Shown: piece after piece, positions 37,725-47,940 of the stretch
How the letters are laid out: the number at the start of each line of letters is the position of its first letter
How positions within the stretch are numbered: the stretch's first letter is position 1
From: Eubacteriaceae bacterium
Lineage (GTDB): Bacteria; Bacillota; Clostridia; Eubacteriales; Eubacteriaceae
DNA length: 64,000 nt
Direction of reading: 5' to 3'
NCBI GenBank assembly: GCA_017405085.1
Contig: JAFRBB010000008.1
Location: forward strand, 1,984 to 65,983
Program-made: the position numbers and the translations under genes
Notes under the pieces: model-generated
The model's database searches: none
What the model was told of the DNA's origin: nothing
What the model saw: the letters and a program-made list of their open reading frames with translations, nothing else

Positions 37725-39089
37725 ATGTCAAAATATTGCGGAAAATGCGGCGCGCCATTAGAAACCGGAGATCGTTTTTGCATGAACTGCGGTGAGCCGG
37801 TCAAAACGGTTGACGAAGATTTAACGGTTCCTTTAAAACCTTCCGTTGAAAAGGATATTTCTAAAGAAACGAACGGTTCAGAGAACGCGCCGGAAAAAAA
37901 AACAGGCTTGGCCGCGCGGGCGGTTCGCGGGTCGGATGTTAACCCTAAAGGGATGAACGGAAATGCGGATGACGCGGATGATGTGCTAAAGCAGATGAAA
38001 GCGGATAATCGGCAAAATGCACAATCGTTCAATCAAGAGAAGCCTCACATTAATGAACCGAAAAAAGATGAGGACAAACTAAAATCAGTCCCGTTCAAGG
38101 AAAACGGCACTGATAAAGCGAAAACAGTACCGTCAAAGAAAAATAACAAAACCATTTTCATCATCGTTGGCGTTGTTGTTGGCGTCATCGCGATTGGCTC
38201 GCTCATCTATTGTTTTGCCACCGGTATTTTACCGCCGAAATCTACGGTTCCGATTTCGTTTAGGATTAATATTGACGATGGATTCACCAAAGATTCCACA
38301 CCCATTGTCGCCAAAATCACCGACCAATCCGACAAAAGCAAAGTGACGTATACCACGTTCACGCCGGAAGACAAAAACGGCAAAGAAATTGAGATGCCAA
38401 AAGGGCAATACGAGATTGAAATGATCAGCCCTGTCAATGCGGACGGCTCGATTTATGATATGGGCAAAACTATGTCGGTTGATACAGCAACGGAAGAAGA
38501 AAGAAACATTAACACAAATTGCAAACGCATTGCCGCGGAGAATGTCACATCCGCTCAGATTCAAGGCATCGCGGACGCGTTAAAAGAAGCATCCGCTAAC
38601 GAATCTGTTGAAATTTCGGAAAGCGAAATAACCAAAGCCAATGAGCGCGTAAAAGCGAAACAGATCCAAGAAGAAAAACAGAGGAAAGCCGCGGAAAAAC
38701 AGGCGGCTATTGATAACGCGATTGCGCAAGGGTATGATCAAATCGTGACCGGCAAAGTGCTGATGCTAGACGATCAAGCTAGTGTGGATGATTATTTTCC
38801 GGATAATCTAAAATATGCGGGTCAAATGAGTAAGAGTTATAAAACGCCTTACGCATTGCTGTGTTTTGATTCAGCACAAGATATTAGTGCTTTGGGATAT
38901 GGCAGTCCCGCTCGTGTGAAACAGGTGACGGAGATTAATCTTCAAACCGATCCGGAGATTTGGCGTGCCTATAACGGTCAAACTGTGACGGCCGCGATTA
39001 ACACAAATGACGGCCATTGGCCATCGGGTCTTAATCCCTTGCAGGGAACAGCATCTTTTAAAAATGCTATGTTTGTTTGGAAGGATTAA
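37725..39089 (+). CDS. zinc-ribbon membrane protein, tandem paralog of the 36130 gene
   Basis: MSKYCGKCGAPLETGDRFCMNCGEPV. The TM and proximal ectodomain (ILPPK.TVPI.F.INID.GF...STPIVAKITD) are shared with the neighbor, while the C-terminal third differs. Confidence 0.8.
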   Translation: MSKYCGKCGAPLETGDRFCMNCGEPVKTVDEDLTVPLKPSVEKDISKETNGSENAPEKKTGLAARAVRGSDVNPKGMNGNADDADDVLKQMKADNRQNAQSFNQEKPHINEPKKDEDKLKSVPFKENGTDKAKTVPSKKNNKTIFIIVGVVVGVIAIGSLIYCFATGILPPKSTVPISFRINIDDGFTKDSTPIVAKITDQSDKSKVTYTTFTPEDKNGKEIEMPKGQYEIEMISPVNADGSIYDMGKTMSVDTATEEERNINTNCKRIAAENVTSAQIQGIADALKEASANESVEISESEITKANERVKAKQIQEEKQRKAAEKQAAIDNAIAQGYDQIVTGKVLMLDDQASVDDYFPDNLKYAGQMSKSYKTPYALLCFDSAQDISALGYGSPARVKQVTEINLQTDPEIWRAYNGQTVTAAINTNDGHWPSGLNPLQGTASFKNAMFVWKD

Positions 39090-39444
39090 GACAAGCAACA
39101 TAAACGATGGAACTGTCAAGAAAAGCATTTTTGTTTTTGAAAAAACTTGATCGTGTCATGATTTTCTCATTTTATGTTTTGCCCCCTTTCGAGGCAGGCG
39201 TAATTATGGTAGTATAAAAATGATCCACGGATGTCTTACTGTTTGAGTTGTTTGTGGTCATTCATAAGATATGTGGATTCACTTCGGATTGCTTTTCGAT
39301 CGTTATTCGGTTTGATTGCTATCATTGATTTGATAAAAATCTTTCGATGATCAAGCATGTCGAAAAGAATCATTTTGCCAAAACCCACCCTCGGCCGGTC
39401 AATAGCCGGCCATGATGATCATTTTAAACGAAAAGAGAAAAACA

Positions 39445-40071
39445 ATGAACGTATACGACTTCGATCAAACCATTTATCAAAACGACAGTTCCGTGGATTT
39501 TTACAAATATTGTTTATCGTGCTATCCGGAGATCGCGAGACTCTGGCCGAAGCAGATCAAAGCTTTTGTTAGGTATCAATCCGGCGAGCACAACAACATC
39601 CGCAAGACGGAAATGAAATCCGTGTTTTTTTCCTATGTGGCGAGAATTGACGATATCCCCGAGATGGTGCGCACCTTTTGGAATATTCACGAAAACGGCA
39701 TCAAACAATGGTATGTTGGTCAGCAAAAAGAAGATGATCTGATCATCTCGGCGTCACCGGAATTTTTGCTCAAAGACATTTGCGGGCGCCTCGGCATTAA
39801 GCATTTGATCGCCTCCGATGTCAATCCCGATACCGGACAATTTTTAAGACCCAATTGCCACGATTACGAAAAGGTTAGGCTCATCAAAAAAGTTGCTGAC
39901 CTCAGTCAAATCGACGCCTTTTATTCCGATTCCTATTCCGACTCGCCCCTTGCTGTTTTTGCCAAAAAGGCCTATATCGTCAAAGGAAACGAGATATCGC
40001 CCTGGGATGAGCAAAAGGCCGTGGCGTATTTTAAAAAGCATCCGGTGCCGAATTTTAAGGAGGACAAATAA
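39445..40071 (+). CDS. HAD-superfamily hydrolase (subfamily IB-like)
   Basis: MNVYDFDQTIY carries the DxDxT motif I. A distal SDSYSD motif is present. The alternative start at 39412 is less likely. Confidence 0.7.
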   Translation: MNVYDFDQTIYQNDSSVDFYKYCLSCYPEIARLWPKQIKAFVRYQSGEHNNIRKTEMKSVFFSYVARIDDIPEMVRTFWNIHENGIKQWYVGQQKEDDLIISASPEFLLKDICGRLGIKHLIASDVNPDTGQFLRPNCHDYEKVRLIKKVADLSQIDAFYSDSYSDSPLAVFAKKAYIVKGNEISPWDEQKAVAYFKKHPVPNFKEDK

Positions 40072-40740
40072 ATGGAGAATACCGTGATTTTGGCCTGCTC
40101 ATCCTTCGCGCGTTACATCCGGGCCGCTCAGGAAAAAGCGGGCACACAGATTCCCGTCATTTGGTTAAATCAAATCTATCATCGCGATCCCAAAGAAATG
40201 CGCGAACAGGTGACGAAAGCCCTCGCAGGACTCAAACCCGATGTCAAAACCGTTTTGGTGTGCATGGGTTATTGCGGCGGTTCGTGGCGGGAGGTGAAGA
40301 CGCCGGTGCGGACGGTCTTTCCCCGGGTGGACGACTGCGTGAGCTGCGCCCTGACCCGGCCGGGCGTCCGAGGTTATGCCCTAAAACAATCTGGACATTT
40401 ATACGTCAAAAATCCTAATCCTCGAAACGAATCCTTCAAAGGGATATTTGAGCGGCTGACCGCGGGGGAGAGCCCCGAAAAAATCGAGGAACAGCATAAA
40501 CTTTGGTGTTCGATGTTTGAATCGATCGATATTGTCGATACCGGCGTGTTTGATATTCGGGATCCGGAATATATCAAACCGGTGTGTGAAGACGCGGTGT
40601 TTTTGGATGCCGAGGTGGATGTGGTGCCCGGCAGCAATCTCGTGGTCGAGAAACTCATTTTAGGGGACTGGGATGAACATTTTGTCATTTTCGGCCCGGG
40701 AGAGACGATTACCGAGGAAAGACTGAGGAATAATCAATAA
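40072..40740 (+). CDS. DUF1638-like protein
   Basis: The pattern HRDPKEMREQV...VLVCMGYCGG...PRVDDCVS resembles DUF1638 family members. The ATG lies immediately after the upstream stop. Confidence 0.55.
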   Translation: MENTVILACSSFARYIRAAQEKAGTQIPVIWLNQIYHRDPKEMREQVTKALAGLKPDVKTVLVCMGYCGGSWREVKTPVRTVFPRVDDCVSCALTRPGVRGYALKQSGHLYVKNPNPRNESFKGIFERLTAGESPEKIEEQHKLWCSMFESIDIVDTGVFDIRDPEYIKPVCEDAVFLDAEVDVVPGSNLVVEKLILGDWDEHFVIFGPGETITEERLRNNQ

Positions 40741-40830
40741 TTTTGGAAAAACTCGAAAAATCCGAGTTTTCACCAGAATGATGAATGATAAATCGCTTCC
40801 GTAAAGGATTGAAAATTATTGAAAAAACCC

Positions 40831-40859
40831 TTGTGATTATGTAAATTATGATGTAAAAT
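40831..40859 (+). promoter_or_regulatory. sigma-70-type promoter upstream of typA
   Basis: TTGTGA (40831-40836), a 17-nt spacer, then TAAAAT (40854-40859). Confidence 0.55.
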
Positions 40860-40932
40860 ATTCATGTTACAGCCAATGTATCGGGGAAACTCCCCGATTT
40901 TTTATTGAAATCTCTAAATTGAAGGCAGGCAA

Positions 40933-42750
40933 ATGAAAGAAGAACAACCGATTATCAATATTGCTGTCATCGCCCACGTCGATGCCGGCAAATCCACGTT
41001 GGTCGACGCGTTTTTGGCCCAGAGCGGGGTTTTCCGCGAAAATCAGCAAGTCGTTGACTGCATCATGGACAGTAACGATTTGGAACGGGAACGGGGGATC
41101 ACCATCTATTCCAAAAACTGTTCGGTCATGCACGACAACATTAAAATCAACATTGTGGACACCCCGGGCCACGCCGATTTCTCATCGGAGGTTGAACGGA
41201 TTTTAAGAACCGTGGACACGGTCATTCTGTTGGTGGATTCCAGCGAGGGACCGATGCCCCAGACCCGTTTCGTGCTCAAAAAATCCCTCGAGCAGGGACT
41301 TCGCCCGATTTTGTTCATCAACAAAATCGACAAAAAAGATCAGCGGGCCGAAGAAGTCGTCGATGAGGTCTTTGACCTCTTTGTGGAGCTTAACGCCAAT
41401 GATGAACAGCTTGATTTTCCCATTCTCTACGGCGTGGCCAAAGAAGGCGTGGCCAAATATGAACTGGATGACGACAGCACCGATCTGACGCCATTGTTCG
41501 ACACCATCATCAAACACGTCGGCACCCCCGAGGACAAGAGTCTTGAACCGCTCAAAATGCAGATTTCCTCGCTGGCCTACGACGATTATATCGGACGTCT
41601 CGGCATCGGCCGCATTTCCGAAGGCACCATCCGTGGCGGCGACAAGCTGGAAGTGGCCAAACGCGACGGCTCCTTTGAAAAGGTCAAAATCGGACAGGTC
41701 TTTGTCTATCGCGGCCTTTCCCGGGTGGAAGTGGCGGAAGCCAAAGCCGGCGATATCGCCGTGATTTCGGGCATTGCCGATATTTCCATTGGGGAGACCA
41801 TCGGCGAAATCGATCAGGTTCAGCCGATGCCGATGATTCCCATCGAAGAACCCACGTTGTCCATGAATTTCCTCGTCAACACCTCGCCCTTCGCCGGAAA
41901 GGTGGGCAAATTCGTGACGACCCGCCACATTAAAGCCCGTCTCGAAAAAGAATTGGAAGTTAATGTGGGGATGACCGTCGAGCCTCTGCCCGACACCACC
42001 GAAGGCTACAAGGTCTCCGGACGGGGTGAACTTCACCTGTCCATCCTCATTGAAAACATGCGGCGAGAAGGCTATGAACTGGCGGTCTCCAAACCTCAGG
42101 TCATTTTCCGCACCGACAAAACCGGCCACAAAGTGGAGCCGGTGGAGGAAGTGATCATCAACGTTCCGGATCAATATTCGGGAACCGTCATTGCCAAGCT
42201 CAACCTGCGCAAGGGCATGATGACGTCGATGAACACGGCGGACGGTTGGACCGATATGGCCTTTCGCGTGCCGACCCGCGGCCTTTTGGGCTATCAAAGC
42301 GAATTCATCAACGACACTCACGGAGAAGGCACCCTCGTGCGCCGCTTTGATTCCTTCGAACGCTATATGGGCGACATTCCCGGCCGGACCAACGGCGTGC
42401 TGATTTCCGGCGTCACCGGCGAGACCATGGCTTATTCGCTGTTTAACCTCTCCGACCGCGGCACCTTAATGGTGGATCCCGGCACACCGGTTTACGAAGG
42501 CATGATCATTGGGATCAATAACCGCAGCGATGACATGGTCGTCAATCCCATCAAAAACAAAAAGCTGACCAACACCCGCGCGTCCGGCTCCGACGAAGCC
42601 TTAAAGCTCGTCACGCCGAAGGTGTTTTCCCTGGAAGAAGCCCTTGAATTTATCGAAGACGACGAGCTGGTCGAGGTCACACCGACGGATATTCGCATCC
42701 GCAAAAAAATTCTGACCGATCTCGATCGCAGAAGAGAAAGACGCCATTAA
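40933..42750 (+). CDS. typA: translational GTPase TypA/BipA
   Basis: NIAVIAHVDAGKSTLVD, DTPGHADF and NKID G-motifs. The 605-aa EF-G-like architecture is typical of BipA. Confidence 0.95.
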   Translation: MKEEQPIINIAVIAHVDAGKSTLVDAFLAQSGVFRENQQVVDCIMDSNDLERERGITIYSKNCSVMHDNIKINIVDTPGHADFSSEVERILRTVDTVILLVDSSEGPMPQTRFVLKKSLEQGLRPILFINKIDKKDQRAEEVVDEVFDLFVELNANDEQLDFPILYGVAKEGVAKYELDDDSTDLTPLFDTIIKHVGTPEDKSLEPLKMQISSLAYDDYIGRLGIGRISEGTIRGGDKLEVAKRDGSFEKVKIGQVFVYRGLSRVEVAEAKAGDIAVISGIADISIGETIGEIDQVQPMPMIPIEEPTLSMNFLVNTSPFAGKVGKFVTTRHIKARLEKELEVNVGMTVEPLPDTTEGYKVSGRGELHLSILIENMRREGYELAVSKPQVIFRTDKTGHKVEPVEEVIINVPDQYSGTVIAKLNLRKGMMTSMNTADGWTDMAFRVPTRGLLGYQSEFINDTHGEGTLVRRFDSFERYMGDIPGRTNGVLISGVTGETMAYSLFNLSDRGTLMVDPGTPVYEGMIIGINNRSDDMVVNPIKNKKLTNTRASGSDEALKLVTPKVFSLEEALEFIEDDELVEVTPTDIRIRKKILTDLDRRRERRH

Positions 42751-42759
42751 TTCACAGAG

Positions 42760-42787
42760 AGTCCGGCAAAAGCCGGGCTTTCTTTTT
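42760..42787 (+). terminator. rho-independent terminator after typA
   Basis: GTCCGGC-AAAA-GCCGGGC hairpin followed by TTTCTTTTTT. Confidence 0.7.
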
Positions 42788-42813
42788 TGAGAAAGCTGTA
42801 CTATAATAAAGTC

Positions 42814-43443
42814 ATGAAAATCATATGCGCACGTCATACCGAAACCGAAGGAAATGTCCGGGGGTATTACAACGGCGTCTCCGAATCGCCCTACACCCAA
42901 AAAGGACTTAAGCAAAAGGCCGCCCTGGAAAATGAACTCACCCGCCTAGGTAAGGGCGAGAGCGTCGCTCGGGTCTACGCGAGTCCCATTTTAAGGGCCG
43001 CTTGCATCGGCGAGACCGTGGCGGACCGTCTCTCGGTTCCCTTTGAGACGGCTTGCGCCTTGCGGGAATTTCATTTCGGCATTTTTGAAGGGATGACCTA
43101 CCGGGAGGCCGAGGCAAAACATCCGAAAGAGTGGCAGGCATGGATGGCCGATTATGATGGCTACGCCATTCCCGGGGGAGACAGCTTTCACGACTATCAT
43201 CGTCGGGTGGCGGACTTTATCGAAGAAATCAAAACAATACATGCCGATGACACAATTGTGATGGTGGCCCATGGCGGCACGGTGTTAAGCGTTTTGGTGA
43301 CGCTTTTGGGTTTGCCTGTGGAGGCGCGCTGGCATTTTAAAATTGAGCTCGGATCCATCGCGATTGTGGATTGCCCCGAGGGATACGGCATCTTAAACAC
43401 ACTCTATGTGCCGGCGTATCCGGACAATACAGCGGCCGATTAA
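42814..43443 (+). CDS. histidine phosphatase family protein (phosphoglycerate mutase/CobC-like)
   Basis: MKIICARHTETEGN carries the RH(G/T)xT catalytic motif, with a distal VAHGG. The ORF-track TTG at 42787 lies in the typA terminator. Confidence 0.8.
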   Translation: MKIICARHTETEGNVRGYYNGVSESPYTQKGLKQKAALENELTRLGKGESVARVYASPILRAACIGETVADRLSVPFETACALREFHFGIFEGMTYREAEAKHPKEWQAWMADYDGYAIPGGDSFHDYHRRVADFIEEIKTIHADDTIVMVAHGGTVLSVLVTLLGLPVEARWHFKIELGSIAIVDCPEGYGILNTLYVPAYPDNTAAD

Positions 43444-43565
43444 CATCCCGGCATTTTCTTAAAAAACATGATCCCCTCATGATTGTCCGGTAAGCTGGTC
43501 GAAAGACCGCTCTGGATGATATTGATATTCGAAAAAATTCGGTTCGTAAGAAAGGTTCTGCTTAT

Positions 43566-44570
43566 TTGAAAAACACGACGACAACTATCAAGGACATCTC
43601 GGCGGAGACCGTAAAAAAAGTCTTCGGTCCTTATGATGAAAATATAAAACTTTTGGAATCGCGTTTTGACTGCGACATCGGTCATCGCGATGAAGGCATC
43701 CGCGTCTATGGTGGCGAAGAGAAGGCCCACGCCGCGAAGCGCGTGTTGTCCGCGATGATCGCTCACGCCGCCAAGCAAGGGAGCATTGATATCGAGACGA
43801 CGCGCTATCTCATCACCTTGGAGGAAAAAGGAATGGCGGATTCCTTTGAGTCGATTCAGGACGACATCATCTGTTTTACCACCCGGGGAAAACCCGTCAA
43901 AGCCAAAACCGTCGGGCAGCATCGTTATATCGAAGCCATTCGCCAAAACGACATGGTCTTCGGCGTCGGACCCGCTGGAACGGGAAAAACCTATCTCGCC
44001 ATGGCCATGGCCATCACCGCCTTTAAAAACGGTGAAGTGGATCGGTTGATTCTCACGCGGCCGGCGGTGGAAGCCGGGGAGAAACTCGGTTTTTTGCCCG
44101 GTGATTTGCAGGACAAAGTCGATCCCTATTTGCGTCCGCTCTATGACGCTTTGTTTGACATTATGGGGCCTGAAGCCTTTGAGCGCAACATGGAAAAGGG
44201 CCTTATTGAAGTGGCGCCTTTGGCCTATATGCGCGGCAGAACCCTGGAGAATGCCTATATCATCCTCGACGAAGCCCAAAACACAACCCCGGAGCAGATG
44301 AAAATGTTTCTCACCCGCTTCGGTTCGGGCTCCAAGGTCATTGTCACCGGGGATATTACCCAGATTGATTTGCCCGACGGCAAACGTTCGGGCCTCAAGG
44401 AAGCCGCGCGGATTTTACGAAAAATCAAAGGCATTGCCTTTATCACCTTTGACAAGCACGATGTGGTCAGACACCGCCTCGTACAAATGATTATCGAGGC
44501 CTACGATCAAGACGCCAAACGCCAAAAACCCAAGGAGAAAGCCCATGCTAAACGTGAATCCAAGCAATGA
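43566..44570 (+). CDS. phoH: PhoH-family ATPase (YbeZ-like)
   Basis: VFGVGPAGTGKTYLAMAMA Walker A and ILDEAQN Walker B. It lies upstream of ybeY as usual. The TTG start is uncertain. Confidence 0.9.
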   Translation: MKNTTTTIKDISAETVKKVFGPYDENIKLLESRFDCDIGHRDEGIRVYGGEEKAHAAKRVLSAMIAHAAKQGSIDIETTRYLITLEEKGMADSFESIQDDIICFTTRGKPVKAKTVGQHRYIEAIRQNDMVFGVGPAGTGKTYLAMAMAITAFKNGEVDRLILTRPAVEAGEKLGFLPGDLQDKVDPYLRPLYDALFDIMGPEAFERNMEKGLIEVAPLAYMRGRTLENAYIILDEAQNTTPEQMKMFLTRFGSGSKVIVTGDITQIDLPDGKRSGLKEAARILRKIKGIAFITFDKHDVVRHRLVQMIIEAYDQDAKRQKPKEKAHAKRESKQ

Positions 44571-45015
44571 GACCGACCGGGTGCTCACCGACGAATTGCT
44601 CGCAAAGATACAAACGGCTATCGAGCGGACACTAACCTTCGAGAATATTGATGTTGACAACCGTGATGTGGAAATCGACTATTCGTGGGTGACCCCCGAA
44701 ACCATCCGCACATTAAACCGTGACTATCGGGACAATGACAATGAAACTGACGTGTTGTCCTTTCCCCAGTTTAACCTGCCGGATGAGTCAGATCTCGTGT
44801 TCGCCCCTTCCGATATGCCGCTGCTTTTGGGGGACATCATTGTCAATCCCGCCCGGGCGGAAGAGCAGGCAGAGACTTACGGCACGGGATTTGAGCGGGA
44901 GATTTGCTATCTCGCGGTCCATTCGGTGCTGCATCTTCTCGGGTATGATCACATTGATCCCGAAGATAAAAAAATCATGCGAAGCCGTGAAAAACGGATT
45001 ATGGGAGATGATTGA
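44545..45015 (+). CDS. ybeY: rRNA maturation endoribonuclease YbeY
   Basis: HSVLHLLGYDH zinc-binding motif in a 156-aa protein. Confidence 0.93.
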   Translation: MLNVNPSNETDRVLTDELLAKIQTAIERTLTFENIDVDNRDVEIDYSWVTPETIRTLNRDYRDNDNETDVLSFPQFNLPDESDLVFAPSDMPLLLGDIIVNPARAEEQAETYGTGFEREICYLAVHSVLHLLGYDHIDPEDKKIMRSREKRIMGDD

Positions 45016-45145
45016 CAGCCCCAAACCCATCGGCTCTACCGGGGCTTTCTATCAGTTTTCTTCTATTATTAAAAATTATCTTACAACACAACAGAACCCA
45101 AAACATGGATGACGCGCGGCGCGTCCGTGACTAAGAGAGGTAACC

Positions 45146-46045
45146 ATGGCACAAACAAGCTATCGTTCCGGCTTTGTGGCCTTGATCGGCCGCCCCAATG
45201 TAGGCAAATCAACGCTGATCAATCAAATCATGGAGGAAAAGATTGTCATCACATCGGCCAAGCCTCAGACAACGCGAAACAGCATTCGTTGTATCCGTTC
45301 CGATGACAATTCCCAAATGGTTTTTATCGACACGCCGGGGGTTCACAAACCGAAGAATAAACTCGGCGAATACATGAAGCGCACCATTCGCACCACCCTG
45401 GAGGATGTGGATGCTGTGCTCTATCTGGTGGAGCCGGAAGCTGAAATCGGCGCCGGCGATGCCTACATCTTAAAGGTGCTTGCCAAGGTCACAACGCCGG
45501 TGATTTTACTGATTAACAAGACCGACACCATCGAAAAAACAGCGCTTTTGGAAGTGATGGCCACCTACGGAGAATATGATTTCATCAAAGCCATTGTTCC
45601 GATTTCGGCCAAGACCGGCGACGGTGTGGATGAACTTTTAGATCTCATCAAAGACAACCTGCCCGAGGGGCCGCAATATTTCCCCGATGACATGATTGTC
45701 GATCAATCCGAGCGATTCATCGTGGCGGAACTCATTCGCGAAAAAGCTCTGGATCACTTGCGCGACGAAGTCCCCCACGGCATTGCCGTTGAAGTAAATG
45801 CCATGAAAACCAGAGCCGCCAAGGATTTGGTGGATATCGAGGCGACAATCTTTTGCGAGCGGGAATCTCACAAAGGCATTGTCATCGGGAAAAAAGGCGC
45901 GATGCTCAAACGCATCGGCTCCGATGCCAGAGCCGATATTGAGTTTTTCCTAAAACAGCCCGTCAATTTGCAATTATGGGTCAAAGTGCGCGCGGGCTGG
46001 CGGGAAAAAGTGTACGATTTAAAAGATTTGGGGTACGACGCTTAA
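45146..46045 (+). CDS. era: GTPase Era
   Basis: GFVALIGRPNVGKSTLIN, DTPG and NKTD motifs plus a C-terminal KH domain. Confidence 0.96.
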   Translation: MAQTSYRSGFVALIGRPNVGKSTLINQIMEEKIVITSAKPQTTRNSIRCIRSDDNSQMVFIDTPGVHKPKNKLGEYMKRTIRTTLEDVDAVLYLVEPEAEIGAGDAYILKVLAKVTTPVILLINKTDTIEKTALLEVMATYGEYDFIKAIVPISAKTGDGVDELLDLIKDNLPEGPQYFPDDMIVDQSERFIVAELIREKALDHLRDEVPHGIAVEVNAMKTRAAKDLVDIEATIFCERESHKGIVIGKKGAMLKRIGSDARADIEFFLKQPVNLQLWVKVRAGWREKVYDLKDLGYDA

Positions 46046-46792
46046 ATGGCACTGGTCAAAACGAAAGCGCTGGTCATTCGCGAACAGCCTTATCAGGATC
46101 ATGACAAACTGCTGACGCTGTTTACGGAAAAAGAAGGCAAACAGCGGGCCATCGCCAAAGGCGCCAGACGGCGGAAAAGCGGCATGGCCTCGGCGGTGCA
46201 GCTCTTTGCTTTTTCGGAGATGGTCTATTACCCCGGGAAAAATTTCGCGTCGATCAATGAGGCAAGGCTCATCGAGTCCTTTTATCCCTTACGAAATCAT
46301 ATCGGGCGGATGACGCTAGCCTCTTATATCACGGAGCTCCTCGACGTGTTTTACGATTTTTATCAAGGCTCTGACATCATCTTAAAAGGCGTGACCCACA
46401 TTTTGTATTATCTGTCTGAGAATAAAGCCAAATGCGACGAAGCCCTCGCTTTGGCGCTGCAGCTTAAGCTTTGCAAATTAAACGGCATCGGTCCGGTGCT
46501 GGACCGTTGCGTGAACTGCGGACAGGCCGAAGACCTTACTGGTTTTTCGGTGGGCGGCGGCGGGACGGTGTGCGCCCGTTGCAAAAGTCCCGGAGGACAA
46601 AAACTCAATGCCGCAGAGCTTGACACTTTGCGCTTTTGCATGCGCTCGCCCTTCAAGCTCGTGCGCGACACAGACTTTGATGAGAATATGGTTCGAAGAC
46701 TGTTTACCATGATGAACTTCTATATTTCAAAGCAACTTGACCGAAAAATGAAGAGCTTTGAATTTTATACCTCGGTTTTATCCGGTTTTTAG
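46046..46792 (+). CDS. recO: DNA repair protein RecO
   Basis: The N-terminal OB region is TKALVIREQPYQDHDKLLTLFT. A zinc motif CVNCG...CARC is present. It follows era as usual. Confidence 0.93.
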   Translation: MALVKTKALVIREQPYQDHDKLLTLFTEKEGKQRAIAKGARRRKSGMASAVQLFAFSEMVYYPGKNFASINEARLIESFYPLRNHIGRMTLASYITELLDVFYDFYQGSDIILKGVTHILYYLSENKAKCDEALALALQLKLCKLNGIGPVLDRCVNCGQAEDLTGFSVGGGGTVCARCKSPGGQKLNAAELDTLRFCMRSPFKLVRDTDFDENMVRRLFTMMNFYISKQLDRKMKSFEFYTSVLSGF

Positions 46793-46807
46793 AAAGGAGA
46801 ATGGTTT

Positions 46808-47191
46808 ATGCCCGGTTGTAAAATGATTCATGTGATGATTCGTGTGTTTGATCTTGACAAATCCATCGCGTTTTATCAAGACGCCCTGAACATGCACGAA
46901 ACGCGAAGAAAGGTCAAAGCCGATAAAAATTTCACATTGGTTTATCTCGGCGATGACCACAGTGATTTTGAATTGGAACTGACGTACAATTACGATCCCG
47001 AAAAGCCCTATGATTTGGGAACGGGTTACGGTCATATTGCCGTGGAGGTGGATGATCTGCTTGCCAGCTATGAAGAACACAAGGCCAAGGGTTACGAAGT
47101 CGGTCCCCTCAAAGGTCTCGGCGATACCAAGGATTATTATTTCCTGACGGACCCCGACGGCTATAAGATTGAAGTGATGCGAAAAAAGTGA
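46808..47191 (+). CDS. gloA: VOC-family lactoylglutathione lyase (glyoxalase I)-like protein
   Basis: [22 protein letters not shown]...[10 protein letters not shown]...[11 protein letters not shown]...DPDGYKIEV is glyoxalase-I-like. Confidence 0.8.
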   Translation: MPGCKMIHVMIRVFDLDKSIAFYQDALNMHETRRKVKADKNFTLVYLGDDHSDFELELTYNYDPEKPYDLGTGYGHIAVEVDDLLASYEEHKAKGYEVGPLKGLGDTKDYYFLTDPDGYKIEVMRKK

Positions 47192-47715
47192 GGGGCCCCG
47201 TGATTGAACTGGTGCTCGGAGACATTACCAAAAATCATGGGGTTGACGCCATTGTCAACGCGGCCAACATTTCGCTTCTCGGCGGAGGCGGCGTGGACGG
47301 CGCCATTCACAGAGCGGCGGGTCCGAATTTGCTCAAAGAATGCCGGACTTTAGGCGGCTGTGAAACCGGCAAGGCCAAAATCACCGGTGCTTACAACCTG
47401 CCGTGCCGGTATGTCATTCACACCCCGGGGCCCATTTGGAACGGAGGCGGTCACGATGAGGATAGACTCTTAGCGTCTTGCTATCTCAACTGTTTGGATG
47501 TCGCGATGAATCACGGCGTCAAAGCCATTGCCTTTCCGTCGATTTCGACGGGGGTCTATCATTTTCCCCTTGAGCGCGCCGCCGGCATTGCCGTCAAAAC
47601 CGTCGAAAGTTTTTTGTCCGCTCATCCGGACGCTTTTGACCGCGTGGTTTTCGTGCTCTTTGACCGAACGACTTACGCGGCGTATGAAGGCGCGGTGCGT
47701 GGGCTGAAGGGTTGA
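47188..47715 (+). CDS. macro-domain protein (O-acetyl-ADP-ribose deacetylase, YmdB-like)
   Basis: [35 protein letters not shown] is a macro-domain signature. The start is GTG 47188 or GTG 47200. Confidence 0.85.
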   Translation: MRGPVIELVLGDITKNHGVDAIVNAANISLLGGGGVDGAIHRAAGPNLLKECRTLGGCETGKAKITGAYNLPCRYVIHTPGPIWNGGGHDEDRLLASCYLNCLDVAMNHGVKAIAFPSISTGVYHFPLERAAGIAVKTVESFLSAHPDAFDRVVFVLFDRTTYAAYEGAVRGLKG

Positions 47716-47774
47716 GTCTGAAGAAAATGTTGACGAAGAAAATTAGCAATCATCTCAAATAACACATTAATCAA

Positions 47775-47805
47775 ACCCCCGTCGTAAAAGGCGGGGGATT
47801 TGCTT
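47775..47805 (+). terminator. rho-independent terminator after the macro-domain gene
   Basis: CCCCCG...CGGGGG hairpin followed by ATTTGCTTT. Confidence 0.6.
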
Positions 47806-47940
47806 TAAAAAGAAAAAAACTATAAAATTAACATAAACTTAAAAAAGACTTGACAAATTTCAGAACGAGCCTATATCATTAAACTAAGTACAATTATTGT
47901 TGAAAAGAATGGCATTTTTGATTAAGCAAAGGATAAAACA

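Noticed and set aside
41203-42321. A 372-aa antisense ORF within typA, plus similar shadow ORFs in secY, adk, ecfA2/ecfT, pepD and the dehydrogenase gene
   Set aside because: They sit opposite strongly conserved housekeeping genes. Such antisense open frames are expected in GC-skewed codon usage and lack start signals.
44720-45112. A 130-aa ORF bridging ybeY and era, where some genomes carry dgkA or cdd
   Set aside because: It is out of frame inside ybeY for most of its length, has no RBS and is not hydrophobic as a diacylglycerol kinase would be.
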